A DNA stretch of 64,000 bases from Planctomycetota bacterium. Its GTDB lineage: Bacteria; Planctomycetota; Planctomycetia; Pirellulales; Lacipirellulaceae. Location: positions 32,001-96,000 of the forward strand of contig JBCCXZ010000001.1 in the NCBI GenBank assembly GCA_039190745.1. The letters are read 5' to 3'. Below the pieces are notes generated by a model that ran no database searches, had not been told where the DNA came from, and saw only the letters and a list, made by a program, of their open reading frames with translations. Below are positions 42,534-51,209 of the stretch, piece by piece (position 1 is the first letter of the stretch; each line of letters begins with the position of its first letter). The position numbers and the translations under genes were made by a program.

Positions 42534-43601
42534 CTTCTTGGTGAGCAAACGGCGGGCTCGGCGGCGGGGCGTTGCCGCGGCGACGAGCAGGAGGAGTGCC
42601 GCGGCGGGCTCGGGGACAAGGTGCAGCGTGACGTTGGCGTCGACGGGGAAGAAGTTGTCGGGGTTCCCGCTGGCGTCGGGTTCGAGGTCGAAGCTGAACG
42701 GGCTGCCGTCGGCGAAGAAGCCGGTGAGGGTTTGGTTGCGCTCGGTGAGCTGATAGGGCACGCCGGGGGTGAGGCCGGGGATGGGCTGGCCGTCGAGGAG
42801 GAACTCGGTTCCGAAGAGCTTGATCGGGCTGTTGGGGCCGACGCCTAGTCCGTTGATCGTGCCGCCTGAGATGGTTGACGGGGCGTTTTCCCGGACGAAG
42901 ATGCCGCCGAACTCGCCGCCAGATATGGCGAGGCTTCCATTCGAGATGGTAAGGCCTCCGAAGATGCCGCCCGAGATATCTATGTCGCTGTTGAAGGGTG
43001 AAAAGATAGCCTCAGTGACATTCCCGCCCGTGATTGTGATCTTGCTGGTGAAGGCATCGATGCTCTGGACCTCGCCTGCCGACATTGTGAGATCTGCACC
43101 CAGACCTACGGATACCCTTCCTATTGAACCCCCGGAGATTGCTGCCGAGGTGCCCGGGTTGTCGAATGACGCTGTCGAGACCGTCCCGCCTGAGAGCGTG
43201 AACTGAGCGCCGTCGGTCAGCATGAGAGCCGACTGTACTTCGCCGCCGGAGACGTTGATTGCCGTGCCTTCGGACAGTTCCAACAGGAGAGTGCTAAGGA
43301 TTCCGGACTCGACGTTGATAGTGCTGCCTTCGAAGGCATCGTTGATGCTTAAGTCTCCGCCCTGGAGATTGACCACGATGTTGGTGCCGGGAGCTAATCG
43401 GTCGCCGAGTGTCAGTCGGGCGACGTCGCTCCCCAGGAGGACGTTGAGCGTGGTATCCGATACCAGCGTCGTCCCGTTTGGCACGATGGTCGGCGGCGTG
43501 TCGAAGACGCCGGGGCCGAGCGTTTGGGCCGGTGCGGGGGAGGCGAGCAGCGACGAGACGACGAGCGTGGCGAGCCACGCCGCTTGGCGGGTGTGGTGCA
43601 T
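42531..43601 (-). CDS. PEP-CTERM sorting-domain surface protein with ISGG-type repeats
   Basis: Signal peptide, about 10 repeats of x-I/L-S-G-G, C-terminal VPEP-AAALLLLVAAA-TPRRRARR. Confidence 0.88.
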   Translation of the reverse strand: MHHTRQAAWLATLVVSSLLASPAPAQTLGPGVFDTPPTIVPNGTTLVSDTTLNVLLGSDVARLTLGDRLAPGTNIVVNLQGGDLSINDAFEGSTINVESGILSTLLLELSEGTAINVSGGEVQSALMLTDGAQFTLSGGTVSTASFDNPGTSAAISGGSIGRVSVGLGADLTMSAGEVQSIDAFTSKITITGGNVTEAIFSPFNSDIDISGGIFGGLTISNGSLAISGGEFGGIFVRENAPSTISGGTINGLGVGPNSPIKLFGTEFLLDGQPIPGLTPGVPYQLTERNQTLTGFFADGSPFSFDLEPDASGNPDNFFPVDANVTLHLVPEPAAALLLLVAAATPRRRARRLLTKK

Positions 43602-43705
43602 ATGAGTGCCCCTGTGTTCTTTGTTCCGTCCCTCAGGGTACGGGATTGGGGGCGTGCGGGCAAAGAAACGCGGGTTTCACGCTGTTTCTTCGTGTTCTTC
43701 GGGCT

Positions 43706-43730
43706 CCAGCCGGGCGTAGCCCGGCGGCTA
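43706..43730. repeat. REP-like hairpin repeat, copy 3
   Basis: CCAGCCGGGCGTAGCCCGGCGGCTA with perfect stem GCCGGGC-GTA-GCCCGGC. Confidence 0.7.
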
Positions 43731-43933
43731 TTGCGGCTCTTGTCGGAGGCCATTTCTGAGGGCTCTTGGCGGCACTTCAGAAAAAAACTCGCGATTGCCC
43801 AAGATTGCTGGCAGGGGGGCGAAGAGACCTGTGGAAGCCGGGCCCGAGGCTCGGCGGACGTTTGTTTTCATTCGCTTTTTGATGCCCAGGCCCGCCGGCC
43901 GGGCCGGACGCTTTTTCTCGGAGGGCAAGTGCC

Positions 43934-44746
43934 ATGTTTAAGAAGTTGTTTGTGACGGTTTTGGGGACGGGCGTCGTGGCCGGCATGCTGTTCGGCTCGA
44001 GCGCGATGAGCTATCTGGGCACCTCGTGCGAGCGGGTTTCCGACGCGGTCGAAGACAGCGTGCCGGTGGAGTTCCAGATCGACCGGGCACGCAAGATGGT
44101 GCGCGATCTAGAGCCGGAGATCCGGCGTTCGATGCACGTGATCGCCAAGGAAGAGGTGGAGGTGGCTGAGATCCAGAAGCGGATCGCCGCCCGCGAGGAG
44201 AAGGCCGCCAAGGCGAAGGGCGACATCATGAAGCTGCAGGCCGACCTGTCGACGGGCGACACGCGGTTCCGCTACGCGGGGCACACGTACAGCGCCGACG
44301 AGGTGAAGAAGGACCTGGCCCGCCGCTTCGAGCGGTTCAAGACTTCCGACGCAACGCTCGCCAGCCTCCGCGACATGCGGGACGCGCGGCAGCGGAACCT
44401 CGACGCGGCCCGGCAGAAACTCACTGCCATGATGAGCTCGCAGCGTCAGCTCGAGGTGGAGGTGGAGAACCTCGACGCGCAGCTGAAGCTGGTTGAGGTG
44501 GCCGAGGCTTCGAGCGACCTGCAGTTCGACAACAGCCGGCTGGCCCGTGCGAAGAAGCTGATGAGCGACATCCGCACGCGGCTGGACGTGGCCTCGAAGC
44601 TGGCGAACGCCGACACCGAGTTCCACGACGAGATCCAGCTAGACGAGACCGCGCCGGAGGACATCAGCGATCAGGTGGCCGAGTACTTCGGGATCGGCAT
44701 CTCGCTGGACGCGGTTGCAGTGAGCGAGACGAAGACTCGCGAGTAG
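43934..44746 (+). CDS. Signal-anchored coiled-coil protein, possibly PspA/IM30-like
   Basis: MFKK plus hydrophobic segment, then an all-helical heptad region. ATG after GGAGGG. Confidence 0.75.
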   Translation: MFKKLFVTVLGTGVVAGMLFGSSAMSYLGTSCERVSDAVEDSVPVEFQIDRARKMVRDLEPEIRRSMHVIAKEEVEVAEIQKRIAAREEKAAKAKGDIMKLQADLSTGDTRFRYAGHTYSADEVKKDLARRFERFKTSDATLASLRDMRDARQRNLDAARQKLTAMMSSQRQLEVEVENLDAQLKLVEVAEASSDLQFDNSRLARAKKLMSDIRTRLDVASKLANADTEFHDEIQLDETAPEDISDQVAEYFGIGISLDAVAVSETKTRE

Positions 44747-44896
44747 AATGCCCTCGTTGACGCCGCGGCGGTTTCGTTCGAGGAGAGCGGGGCTGCCGCG
44801 GCGATTTGTGTGAATGACGAAGCACGAATGACGAAGTCCGAAAAGGCTGGTTGTGGGCCGGCTTCTCTTTAAGGCGGACTTGTTCAGGAGCCTCTT

Positions 44897-46306
44897 GTGA
44901 TGTTGCCCGGTTGGCGTAGGAAGGTCTGGGAGGCGAAGACGGCGGTCCGAGACGGCCGCTGGGACGACGCCGAGCAGCTGTTGAGCCGGGAATCGGTGCG
45001 CGGGTTCCTGCCGGCGAAGAAACTCTCGGACGAGCTGGCGCGTCGACTCGTAGAGCGGTGCGAAGAGCAGCTCGCGGCGGGCGACTGGGTCGCGTCGCTG
45101 CGGAGCGCGGAGCGGGCCGTGTCGCTGGGGTTGGCGGCGGAGGCGCTCGCGGGAGTTCGGGCTCGGCAAGCCGAGCAGGCAGTCGCAGAGCTGAGGGATC
45201 ATCTGATGAGGGGCGACACCGAGGCGGCGTCGCGGCCGATCAAGCGGCTGCGGAAGCACGGGCTGGAGCCCGACCGCACGGCGGGCTGGGCGTTGGTGGT
45301 CGACTTGATCGAACGCGCCCGGGCGGCCGAGGAGGTGGGCGAGGCGTCGCGAGCGGCCGGCTTGCTGGAGCGGGCTGGGCGGGCGGTGCCGGTCGCCGGC
45401 GACCCGTTGGCTGCGGAGATCGACCGGCGGCGTGAGGCGCTGCTGCAAGAAAGCGAACAACTGGGCCGGCTGACGACCGACCTGCACCGGGCGGTGTCGG
45501 GCGAGCGTTGGAGCGACGTGCTGCGGCTGGCGGAGGAAGTGCTAAAATCGGCTCCTCGGCACCCGCAGGCGCGGAAGGCCCGCGACGCGGCGTGGCGTGC
45601 GGTGGGCGTGCAGGCGACGCAGGCGTTTCCGGCGAGGGCCCGCAAGTTGAGCACGCGCGGCCCGCGGCAGGCGAGCAAGCAGGACACGGTGAGCGGCATG
45701 GCGGACCCCGGGCGGCGGATGGTGGCTTGGATCGACTCGGTAGGTTCGTACCTGCTGTGCCTGGCGGACGAGGTGGACCTCGGCCAGCCGTCGGGCCCGG
45801 GCGGGGCGGCGGTTGCTATCTTCGGCGACCTTTCGCGTCGGCACGCATCCATCCGCCGCGAGGGCGAGAGCTACGTCCTCAAGCCGGTGCACAAGGTTTC
45901 GGTCGACGGGCAGCGGATCGCCGGGCCGACCGTTCTGAAACACGATTCGGTGATTCAGCTGGGCGACACGGTGAAGCTGCGGTTCCGGAAGCCGCACGCC
46001 CTGAGTGCGTCGGCGGTGCTCACGTTCGAGTCGCACCACAAGGCCGAGCCCGCTGTGGATGGCGTGGTGTTAATGGCCGAAAGCTGCGTGATCGGCCCGA
46101 AGCCGGTGAGCCACGTGGTTTGCCGGGGCTGGTCGTCGGACGTGGTTTTCTTCCGACGGGGCGATGGCGTGTGCTGCCGGGGGGCCTCGGGCCTGCTGGT
46201 GGACGGCGAGGAAGCCGCAGGCGCATCAGAAATTGCGGACGGAACCCGGATTGAAGGGGAAGATTTCGCGTTATCGATCGAAGAACTGTCTAGTGGGCGG
46301 CCATGA
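44897..46306 (+). CDS. Helical-repeat (TPR-like) plus FHA-domain protein
   Basis: Ala/Leu helical N-terminus, then DLSRRHASIRREG..YVL..VSVDG..L..DSVIQLG (FHA pattern), then a second beta-rich FHA-like unit. Confidence 0.75.
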   Translation: MMLPGWRRKVWEAKTAVRDGRWDDAEQLLSRESVRGFLPAKKLSDELARRLVERCEEQLAAGDWVASLRSAERAVSLGLAAEALAGVRARQAEQAVAELRDHLMRGDTEAASRPIKRLRKHGLEPDRTAGWALVVDLIERARAAEEVGEASRAAGLLERAGRAVPVAGDPLAAEIDRRREALLQESEQLGRLTTDLHRAVSGERWSDVLRLAEEVLKSAPRHPQARKARDAAWRAVGVQATQAFPARARKLSTRGPRQASKQDTVSGMADPGRRMVAWIDSVGSYLLCLADEVDLGQPSGPGGAAVAIFGDLSRRHASIRREGESYVLKPVHKVSVDGQRIAGPTVLKHDSVIQLGDTVKLRFRKPHALSASAVLTFESHHKAEPAVDGVVLMAESCVIGPKPVSHVVCRGWSSDVVFFRRGDGVCCRGASGLLVDGEEAAGASEIADGTRIEGEDFALSIEELSSGRP

Positions 46307-46395
46307 CCTGGCGCCTGCACCGCAGTTACAATTGACTACCGCCGCCACCCTCCACTCACGCGAGAGCAGTGAACGCACTCCCGACATCGATCGCC

Positions 46396-48348
46396 ATGGA
46401 CCTTCCTCAAGCCGACGCCGACCAAGACGCCCTGACGCAGCGGCCGGCGCGCTTCACGTACCCGAGCGGCTCGAGGCCGCTTGAGGGGTACACGATCAAG
46501 CGCGGTGTCGGGCGGGGCGGGTTCGGTGAGGTGTACTTCGCGGTGAGCGACGCGGGGAAAGAAGTCGCGCTGAAGCTGATCCGTCGGAACCTCGACGTCG
46601 AGCTCCGCGGGGTGACGCAGTGCTTGAACCTGAAGCACCAGAACCTGATCGCGCTGTACGACATCCGCACCGACGACACCGACGACCGGTGGGTGGTGAT
46701 GGAGTTCGTCGCTGGCGAGTCGCTGGAGGACGCGATCGAGCGGCACCCGGAGGGGATGCCCGAGGATTTGCTCGTGAGCTGGTTCGCCGGCGTCTGCAAG
46801 GGCGTGGCCTACCTGCACGACCACGGCATTGTGCACCGCGACCTGAAGCCGGCGAACATCTTTATCGACGACGGCGTGGTGAAGATCGGCGACTACGGGC
46901 TGAGCAAGTTCATCTCGTGCAGCCGGCGGAGCGGGCAGACCGAGAGCGTCGGCACGGTGCACTACATGGCGCCGGAGATCGCTAACGGGCGGTACGGGCG
47001 TGAGATCGACACGTACGCTTTGGGCGTGATGCTCTACGAGATGCTCACCGGCAAGGTGCCGTTCGAGGGCGAGAGCGTCGGCGAGGTGCTGATGAAGCAC
47101 CTGACGGCCGAGGCCGACCTGGCGAGCGTCTCGGAGAACTACCGGGGCATCGTCTCGTCGCTGCTGACCAAAGACCCGGACGCCCGGGTGAAGAACGTCG
47201 GCGAGCTTCTGGAGAAGCTGCCCGAGGGTGTTGCTTCGGGGCCGGCGCGGGTGGTCGATCCCTTGAATCCCGATGCGTCTGCAAAGACGGCTCCGGCGGC
47301 AATGGACGAAGAGCCGATCCTCGCGAGCCTGCGTGCGGGTTGGCGGCACCTGGAAGACAAGTTCCGCACGAACGAGTGGCACCCTGTCTTAAAGGCGATG
47401 GCCGGCGTGGGCATCGTGTTCTTCATGGTGATGGCGACGCCGTTCTCGTTTGGGGCGTTGTTCACGCTTGCATTTGCATACGTGATCTACCGCGGCGTGC
47501 GGTTGGTGGTGCTGCAGCCCGGCAAGCCGCCGATCGCCCAGCCGGCTTCCCAGGCGTCGGCGCCGCTCAAGTCGACGAAGCGCAAAACGCCCGCGCACCT
47601 GAAACGCACTGCGCGGTACCCGCGACGCCGGCACAGCGTGCGGCAGCGGCTGAACGAGCACGTGGCGAACAAGTCGACGCAGGAGCGGCTCACCGAGCTG
47701 TTGGGCGGGATGCTGCTGGCCGCGCTGGTGGCGTCGCTCGCTTCGCTGCTGGTGCTGCCCGGCGCTGCAGACGGCTCGGCCGTCGAGCTGTACGTGTGGG
47801 CCGCGGTGGTGACGACGCTCGCGGCGTGGGCGGCAATGGCGCCGGCGCGGATGATGGAGGGCCGCGTGGAAGACCAGGCGCCGCTCCGCTTCACGCAGAT
47901 GGTGCTCGGAGCAATCGTCGGCGTGGTCGCTTGGGCGCTGGCCGACCTGCTGATGCTTCGCCTGCCGGTGAACAACCAGCTTGAGTTCGGCATGAACCCC
48001 TCCGACACGATTATCTCGGGCAGCATCGGCCAGGGCTTCGGGTACCTAGACAGCTCGCTGGCGGCAGGCTCGGTGGCGGTGCCGCTATCGCTGTTCGCAG
48101 GCTACTTCGCGGGGCTGTTCCTGCTGTACGGCTTCTGGAAGGGCGCCGACTCGATCCGCAGCAGTCGGGTGAGCGTGTGGTCAGTCGCGTGGTGTGTGCT
48201 CGTGGCTTGGTTCTTGCACATCTTCTGGTGGTTCCCGCAGCCGCTGGGCGCGGTGCTCGCTGGGGCGATCGCGTTCACGGTGCAGTTCAGCAGCCCGTGG
48301 ATGCCGCCGAGTCAGCGGCGGAAGCTGGTGGAGGCCGCTGAGCTATGA
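46396..48348 (+). CDS. Hanks-type Ser/Thr protein kinase with polytopic membrane C-terminus
   Basis: GRGGFGEVY, VALK, HRDLKPANI, DYG, GTVHYMAPE, plus about 8-9 TM segments. Confidence 0.95.
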   Translation: MDLPQADADQDALTQRPARFTYPSGSRPLEGYTIKRGVGRGGFGEVYFAVSDAGKEVALKLIRRNLDVELRGVTQCLNLKHQNLIALYDIRTDDTDDRWVVMEFVAGESLEDAIERHPEGMPEDLLVSWFAGVCKGVAYLHDHGIVHRDLKPANIFIDDGVVKIGDYGLSKFISCSRRSGQTESVGTVHYMAPEIANGRYGREIDTYALGVMLYEMLTGKVPFEGESVGEVLMKHLTAEADLASVSENYRGIVSSLLTKDPDARVKNVGELLEKLPEGVASGPARVVDPLNPDASAKTAPAAMDEEPILASLRAGWRHLEDKFRTNEWHPVLKAMAGVGIVFFMVMATPFSFGALFTLAFAYVIYRGVRLVVLQPGKPPIAQPASQASAPLKSTKRKTPAHLKRTARYPRRRHSVRQRLNEHVANKSTQERLTELLGGMLLAALVASLASLLVLPGAADGSAVELYVWAAVVTTLAAWAAMAPARMMEGRVEDQAPLRFTQMVLGAIVGVVAWALADLLMLRLPVNNQLEFGMNPSDTIISGSIGQGFGYLDSSLAAGSVAVPLSLFAGYFAGLFLLYGFWKGADSIRSSRVSVWSVAWCVLVAWFLHIFWWFPQPLGAVLAGAIAFTVQFSSPWMPPSQRRKLVEAAEL

Positions 48349-49397
48349 ACGGACTCGCAACCTTGGCCGTGGCGGTCCCGATGGTGGGGGTTTCCCTCGT
48401 CGGCCTGGTCCTGGTCGTGTTTCTGGCTTTGGCTGTGCTCGCGCTGGCCCGAAAACACCCGAAGACGGTGATCTTTGGGGGCCTGCTGTTTGGGGTGCTG
48501 TTGCTGCTGTTCACTTTCGCGGCCCGTGTGAGACACGTGGAGGTGGTCGAGGCTAGGGCGCGAGCCGAGGCCAAAGTCGCCGCTGCGCGGGCTTCTCGTT
48601 CCACGGGGATTCCGACCCCCTTGATCGAAGAGTGGGAGCTGCTGAACAAGCCGGAGATCGAACTGGAAGAGAACGCCGTAGAGCCCACGGTCACCGAGAC
48701 GGCCGCAACCCAAGAGGTTGACGAGGCGAGCGAGCCAGACCAGGCCGAGGAGCCAGGCGAGACCGGTTCCGCCGAAGACGACGCGGCCGAGGCCGAGGAA
48801 ACAGAAACTGAGGCGCCAAGCAGCGAAACGAAGAAGGCCGAAGCGGCTGATCGACGGCCTGAGTGGGTCGACTCCGACTACAAGATGGTCGGGCACGTCG
48901 TGCGGCGGGTGATCCACTCGGGGCCCTACAAGACGGTCGAAGAGTGCCGGCTGGCCCTGGAACCGATGATCGCCGAGGCGGTGCGGAAACGGGTGCGGCG
49001 CCTGGCGACAACCACGCCCGGCTCCGCAACGCACGACGTGCCGCCGGTGAGCGAGATGGGCATCGGGTTGGGCTATATCTTCCGCGACCTGTGCGTGGAC
49101 GACTACGTTGAGGACTACGAAGCTTCAATCGGCGACATGAAGAAGGTGCACGTGCTGATGGAGTTCCGCCCGGCGGAGGACGAGTTCCTGCTCGGCGCGT
49201 ACCAGAAGTACCAGCGGCGGCAGAGCCTTTGGGTGGTGGCGGCGTTTTCCACGCTGGCGGTCTCCGTGGTCGCCGCGGCCTATGGCCTGTTGAAGATCGA
49301 CACTTGGTCGCGGGGCTACTACACACAGCGGTTGCTCCTGGGCGGCGGCGGGGCAATACTGGTTTTGGTCGCGATCGGGATCATGATCGCCCTGTAG
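48345..49397 (+). CDS. Hypothetical membrane protein (2+2 TMs, acidic linker, soluble domain)
   Basis: ATGA overlap with the kinase stop codon. Hydrophobic termini. Confidence 0.78.
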   Translation: MNGLATLAVAVPMVGVSLVGLVLVVFLALAVLALARKHPKTVIFGGLLFGVLLLLFTFAARVRHVEVVEARARAEAKVAAARASRSTGIPTPLIEEWELLNKPEIELEENAVEPTVTETAATQEVDEASEPDQAEEPGETGSAEDDAAEAEETETEAPSSETKKAEAADRRPEWVDSDYKMVGHVVRRVIHSGPYKTVEECRLALEPMIAEAVRKRVRRLATTTPGSATHDVPPVSEMGIGLGYIFRDLCVDDYVEDYEASIGDMKKVHVLMEFRPAEDEFLLGAYQKYQRRQSLWVVAAFSTLAVSVVAAAYGLLKIDTWSRGYYTQRLLLGGGGAILVLVAIGIMIAL

Positions 49398-49506
49398 CCG
49401 CTCTTGGCGATCTCAGCAGCCGCCCTTGGCTGTCTGCGTTGAGGGCCGGACGGGGGCGCCTCGCGGCCGGTTGAACGCACACTGCTCTCTTCGCCGCACG
49501 GAGCCT

Positions 49507-50175
49507 ATGGCCGCACGCATTCAATCATCTGGGCAGCCCAACCCCGATACGCTGCTGGTGGAGGAGATCCGCACCGGGAAGGCCGATGCGTGGAGCGAGT
49601 TGATCGCCCGCTACGAAGGGCGGCTGCTGTCGTTCGTCGAGAGCCGCCTCCGCCGACGGGCGGCGAGCGAGGACGTGGTGCAGGAGACGTTCATCGGCTT
49701 TTTGAACAGCCTGCCGAATTACGACGTGCGGCGTCCGCTGGAAGGGTGGCTGTTTTCGATCGCCGCGCACAAGCTTACCGACCACCTCCGCCGCGAGGGC
49801 CGGCGGCCGACCGTATCGCTCAATGCGGCGGGGGACGACTCCAGCGGCGGCTGGGAGCCGATGGGCTCCGCCTCCCGCGCCAGCAGCATCGCCCGCAGCG
49901 GCGAGCGGCGCGGGCTCGAGGAGGAGGCGCTGGCCGACGCGATCGGGCAGCAGATCGACAAGTGGCGCGACGCGGGCGATTGGCAGAAGGTGCAGTGCAT
50001 GGAGCTGCTGTTCGTGCTCGGTCAGCCGAACAAGGCGGTCGCGGGCGAGCTGGGCCTGAGCGAGCAGCAGGTGGCTAATTTCAAGCATGACTTCCTCGAG
50101 CGGCTCCGCAAGCTGGTGCGGGCTCAGCGGCTGAACGAGGACGTGTTCCCCGAGCTTTCCGGGAGCGGCGGATGA
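49507..50175 (+). CDS. ECF-family RNA polymerase sigma factor
   Basis: Region 2 (AWSELIARYEGRL..SEDVVQETF..WLFSIAAHKLTDHLRR), region 4 HTH (NKAVAGELGLSEQQVA). Confidence 0.92.
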   Translation: MAARIQSSGQPNPDTLLVEEIRTGKADAWSELIARYEGRLLSFVESRLRRRAASEDVVQETFIGFLNSLPNYDVRRPLEGWLFSIAAHKLTDHLRREGRRPTVSLNAAGDDSSGGWEPMGSASRASSIARSGERRGLEEEALADAIGQQIDKWRDAGDWQKVQCMELLFVLGQPNKAVAGELGLSEQQVANFKHDFLERLRKLVRAQRLNEDVFPELSGSGG

Positions 50176-50582
50176 GTGAGCCGGTGACCGACGCCGAGCT
50201 GGAGTCGTATCTCGACGAGGCGCTCTCCGAAGGCCGGATGGCCGAGGTCGAGGATTCTTTGCGCGACGAGGAGGGGCTGACTCGGCGTCTGTCGGCGGTG
50301 GCCGGCCGCCGCGACGCGGGCGTGCACTCGTTGGGCGCGGTGTGGCGCCGCCGCCGGCTGAGCTGCCCCACGCGGGAGCAGCTGGGCAGCTATCTCTTGG
50401 GCGTCCTCGAACCGAAACACGCGGCGTACGTGAAGTTCCACGTTGAGCGCGTGGGGTGCCGCTACTGCCGGGCGAGCCTGGCCGACCTGCGTGCGCAGCA
50501 CGAGGCGGAGGAGCAGACCGAGACGGTCACGCGGCGGAAGAAGTATTTTCAGTCGAGCGTGGGGCACTTGGGGGGCGGGTAG
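50172..50582 (+). CDS. Soluble zinc-finger anti-sigma-like protein
   Basis: ATGA overlap with the ECF gene. CPTREQLGSYLLG...HVERVGCRYC. No TM segment. Confidence 0.75.
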   Translation: MSEPVTDAELESYLDEALSEGRMAEVEDSLRDEEGLTRRLSAVAGRRDAGVHSLGAVWRRRRLSCPTREQLGSYLLGVLEPKHAAYVKFHVERVGCRYCRASLADLRAQHEAEEQTETVTRRKKYFQSSVGHLGGG

Positions 50583-50647
50583 CCTTTACTCGGAACCAGG
50601 CCAACCATTCTTTCGACCGGTCCGAAGACTCTTGGGGGTGAAGCGTC

Positions 50648-51094
50648 TTGCGTTTCAGCACGAGGACACTCCTTGTTGGTGTTGCTGTCGCGGCTGTCTT
50701 GGCCGCTGTCGTCGGTTCTATCTTTCGTTCAGTTGAGAACTCTCTCGGTGCACTCAAAGAGTTCTACGTCCTGGAACAGACTCGAATGATGCTGATTGAA
50801 TTCGTTCAGGAAAACCAAGGAGCATGGCCTTCAGGTTGGGATGACCTGAGTCCCCACTATAGGAAGTACCAGAACCTTGGGTGGTCGCAGAGTCTTGAGT
50901 CACACCAGGAGATGGTTGACGTAGATTTCACGTTCGATCCTGATGGCTATTTCGGTGAGGACACCCGGAAGAACTCGGCTTCGCCACAACTCGTCTTGCT
51001 GAAGTCTCGCTGGCCAGATCTCCATGCGGAAGAAGTCGACGAAATCAACCGTCTGCTTCTTGCGATGTTGCGTTCGATGTACCTGGCGGAGTAG
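50648..51094 (+). CDS. Hypothetical protein with N-terminal TM (lower GC)
   Basis: RFSTRTLLVGVAVAAVLAA N-terminus, AT-richer codons than neighbours. Confidence 0.6.
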   Translation: MRFSTRTLLVGVAVAAVLAAVVGSIFRSVENSLGALKEFYVLEQTRMMLIEFVQENQGAWPSGWDDLSPHYRKYQNLGWSQSLESHQEMVDVDFTFDPDGYFGEDTRKNSASPQLVLLKSRWPDLHAEEVDEINRLLLAMLRSMYLAE

Positions 51095-51209
51095 CAGGAT
51101 CGCTCTAATCGGCGGCACTAATGGCTTGCCCAGCAGCGTGAGTCAGAGGCTCCCGTATGCCGCCGACGCGTCGGTCGGCGGCTGAGGTCTGAGTCGCACG
51201 TCGGGTACC

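Noticed and set aside
38918..43730. CRISPR or integron interpretation of the 25-nt repeats
   Set aside because: Spacing is kilobases and irregular, there is no cas or intI gene, and no attC RYYYAAC/GTTRRRY ends.
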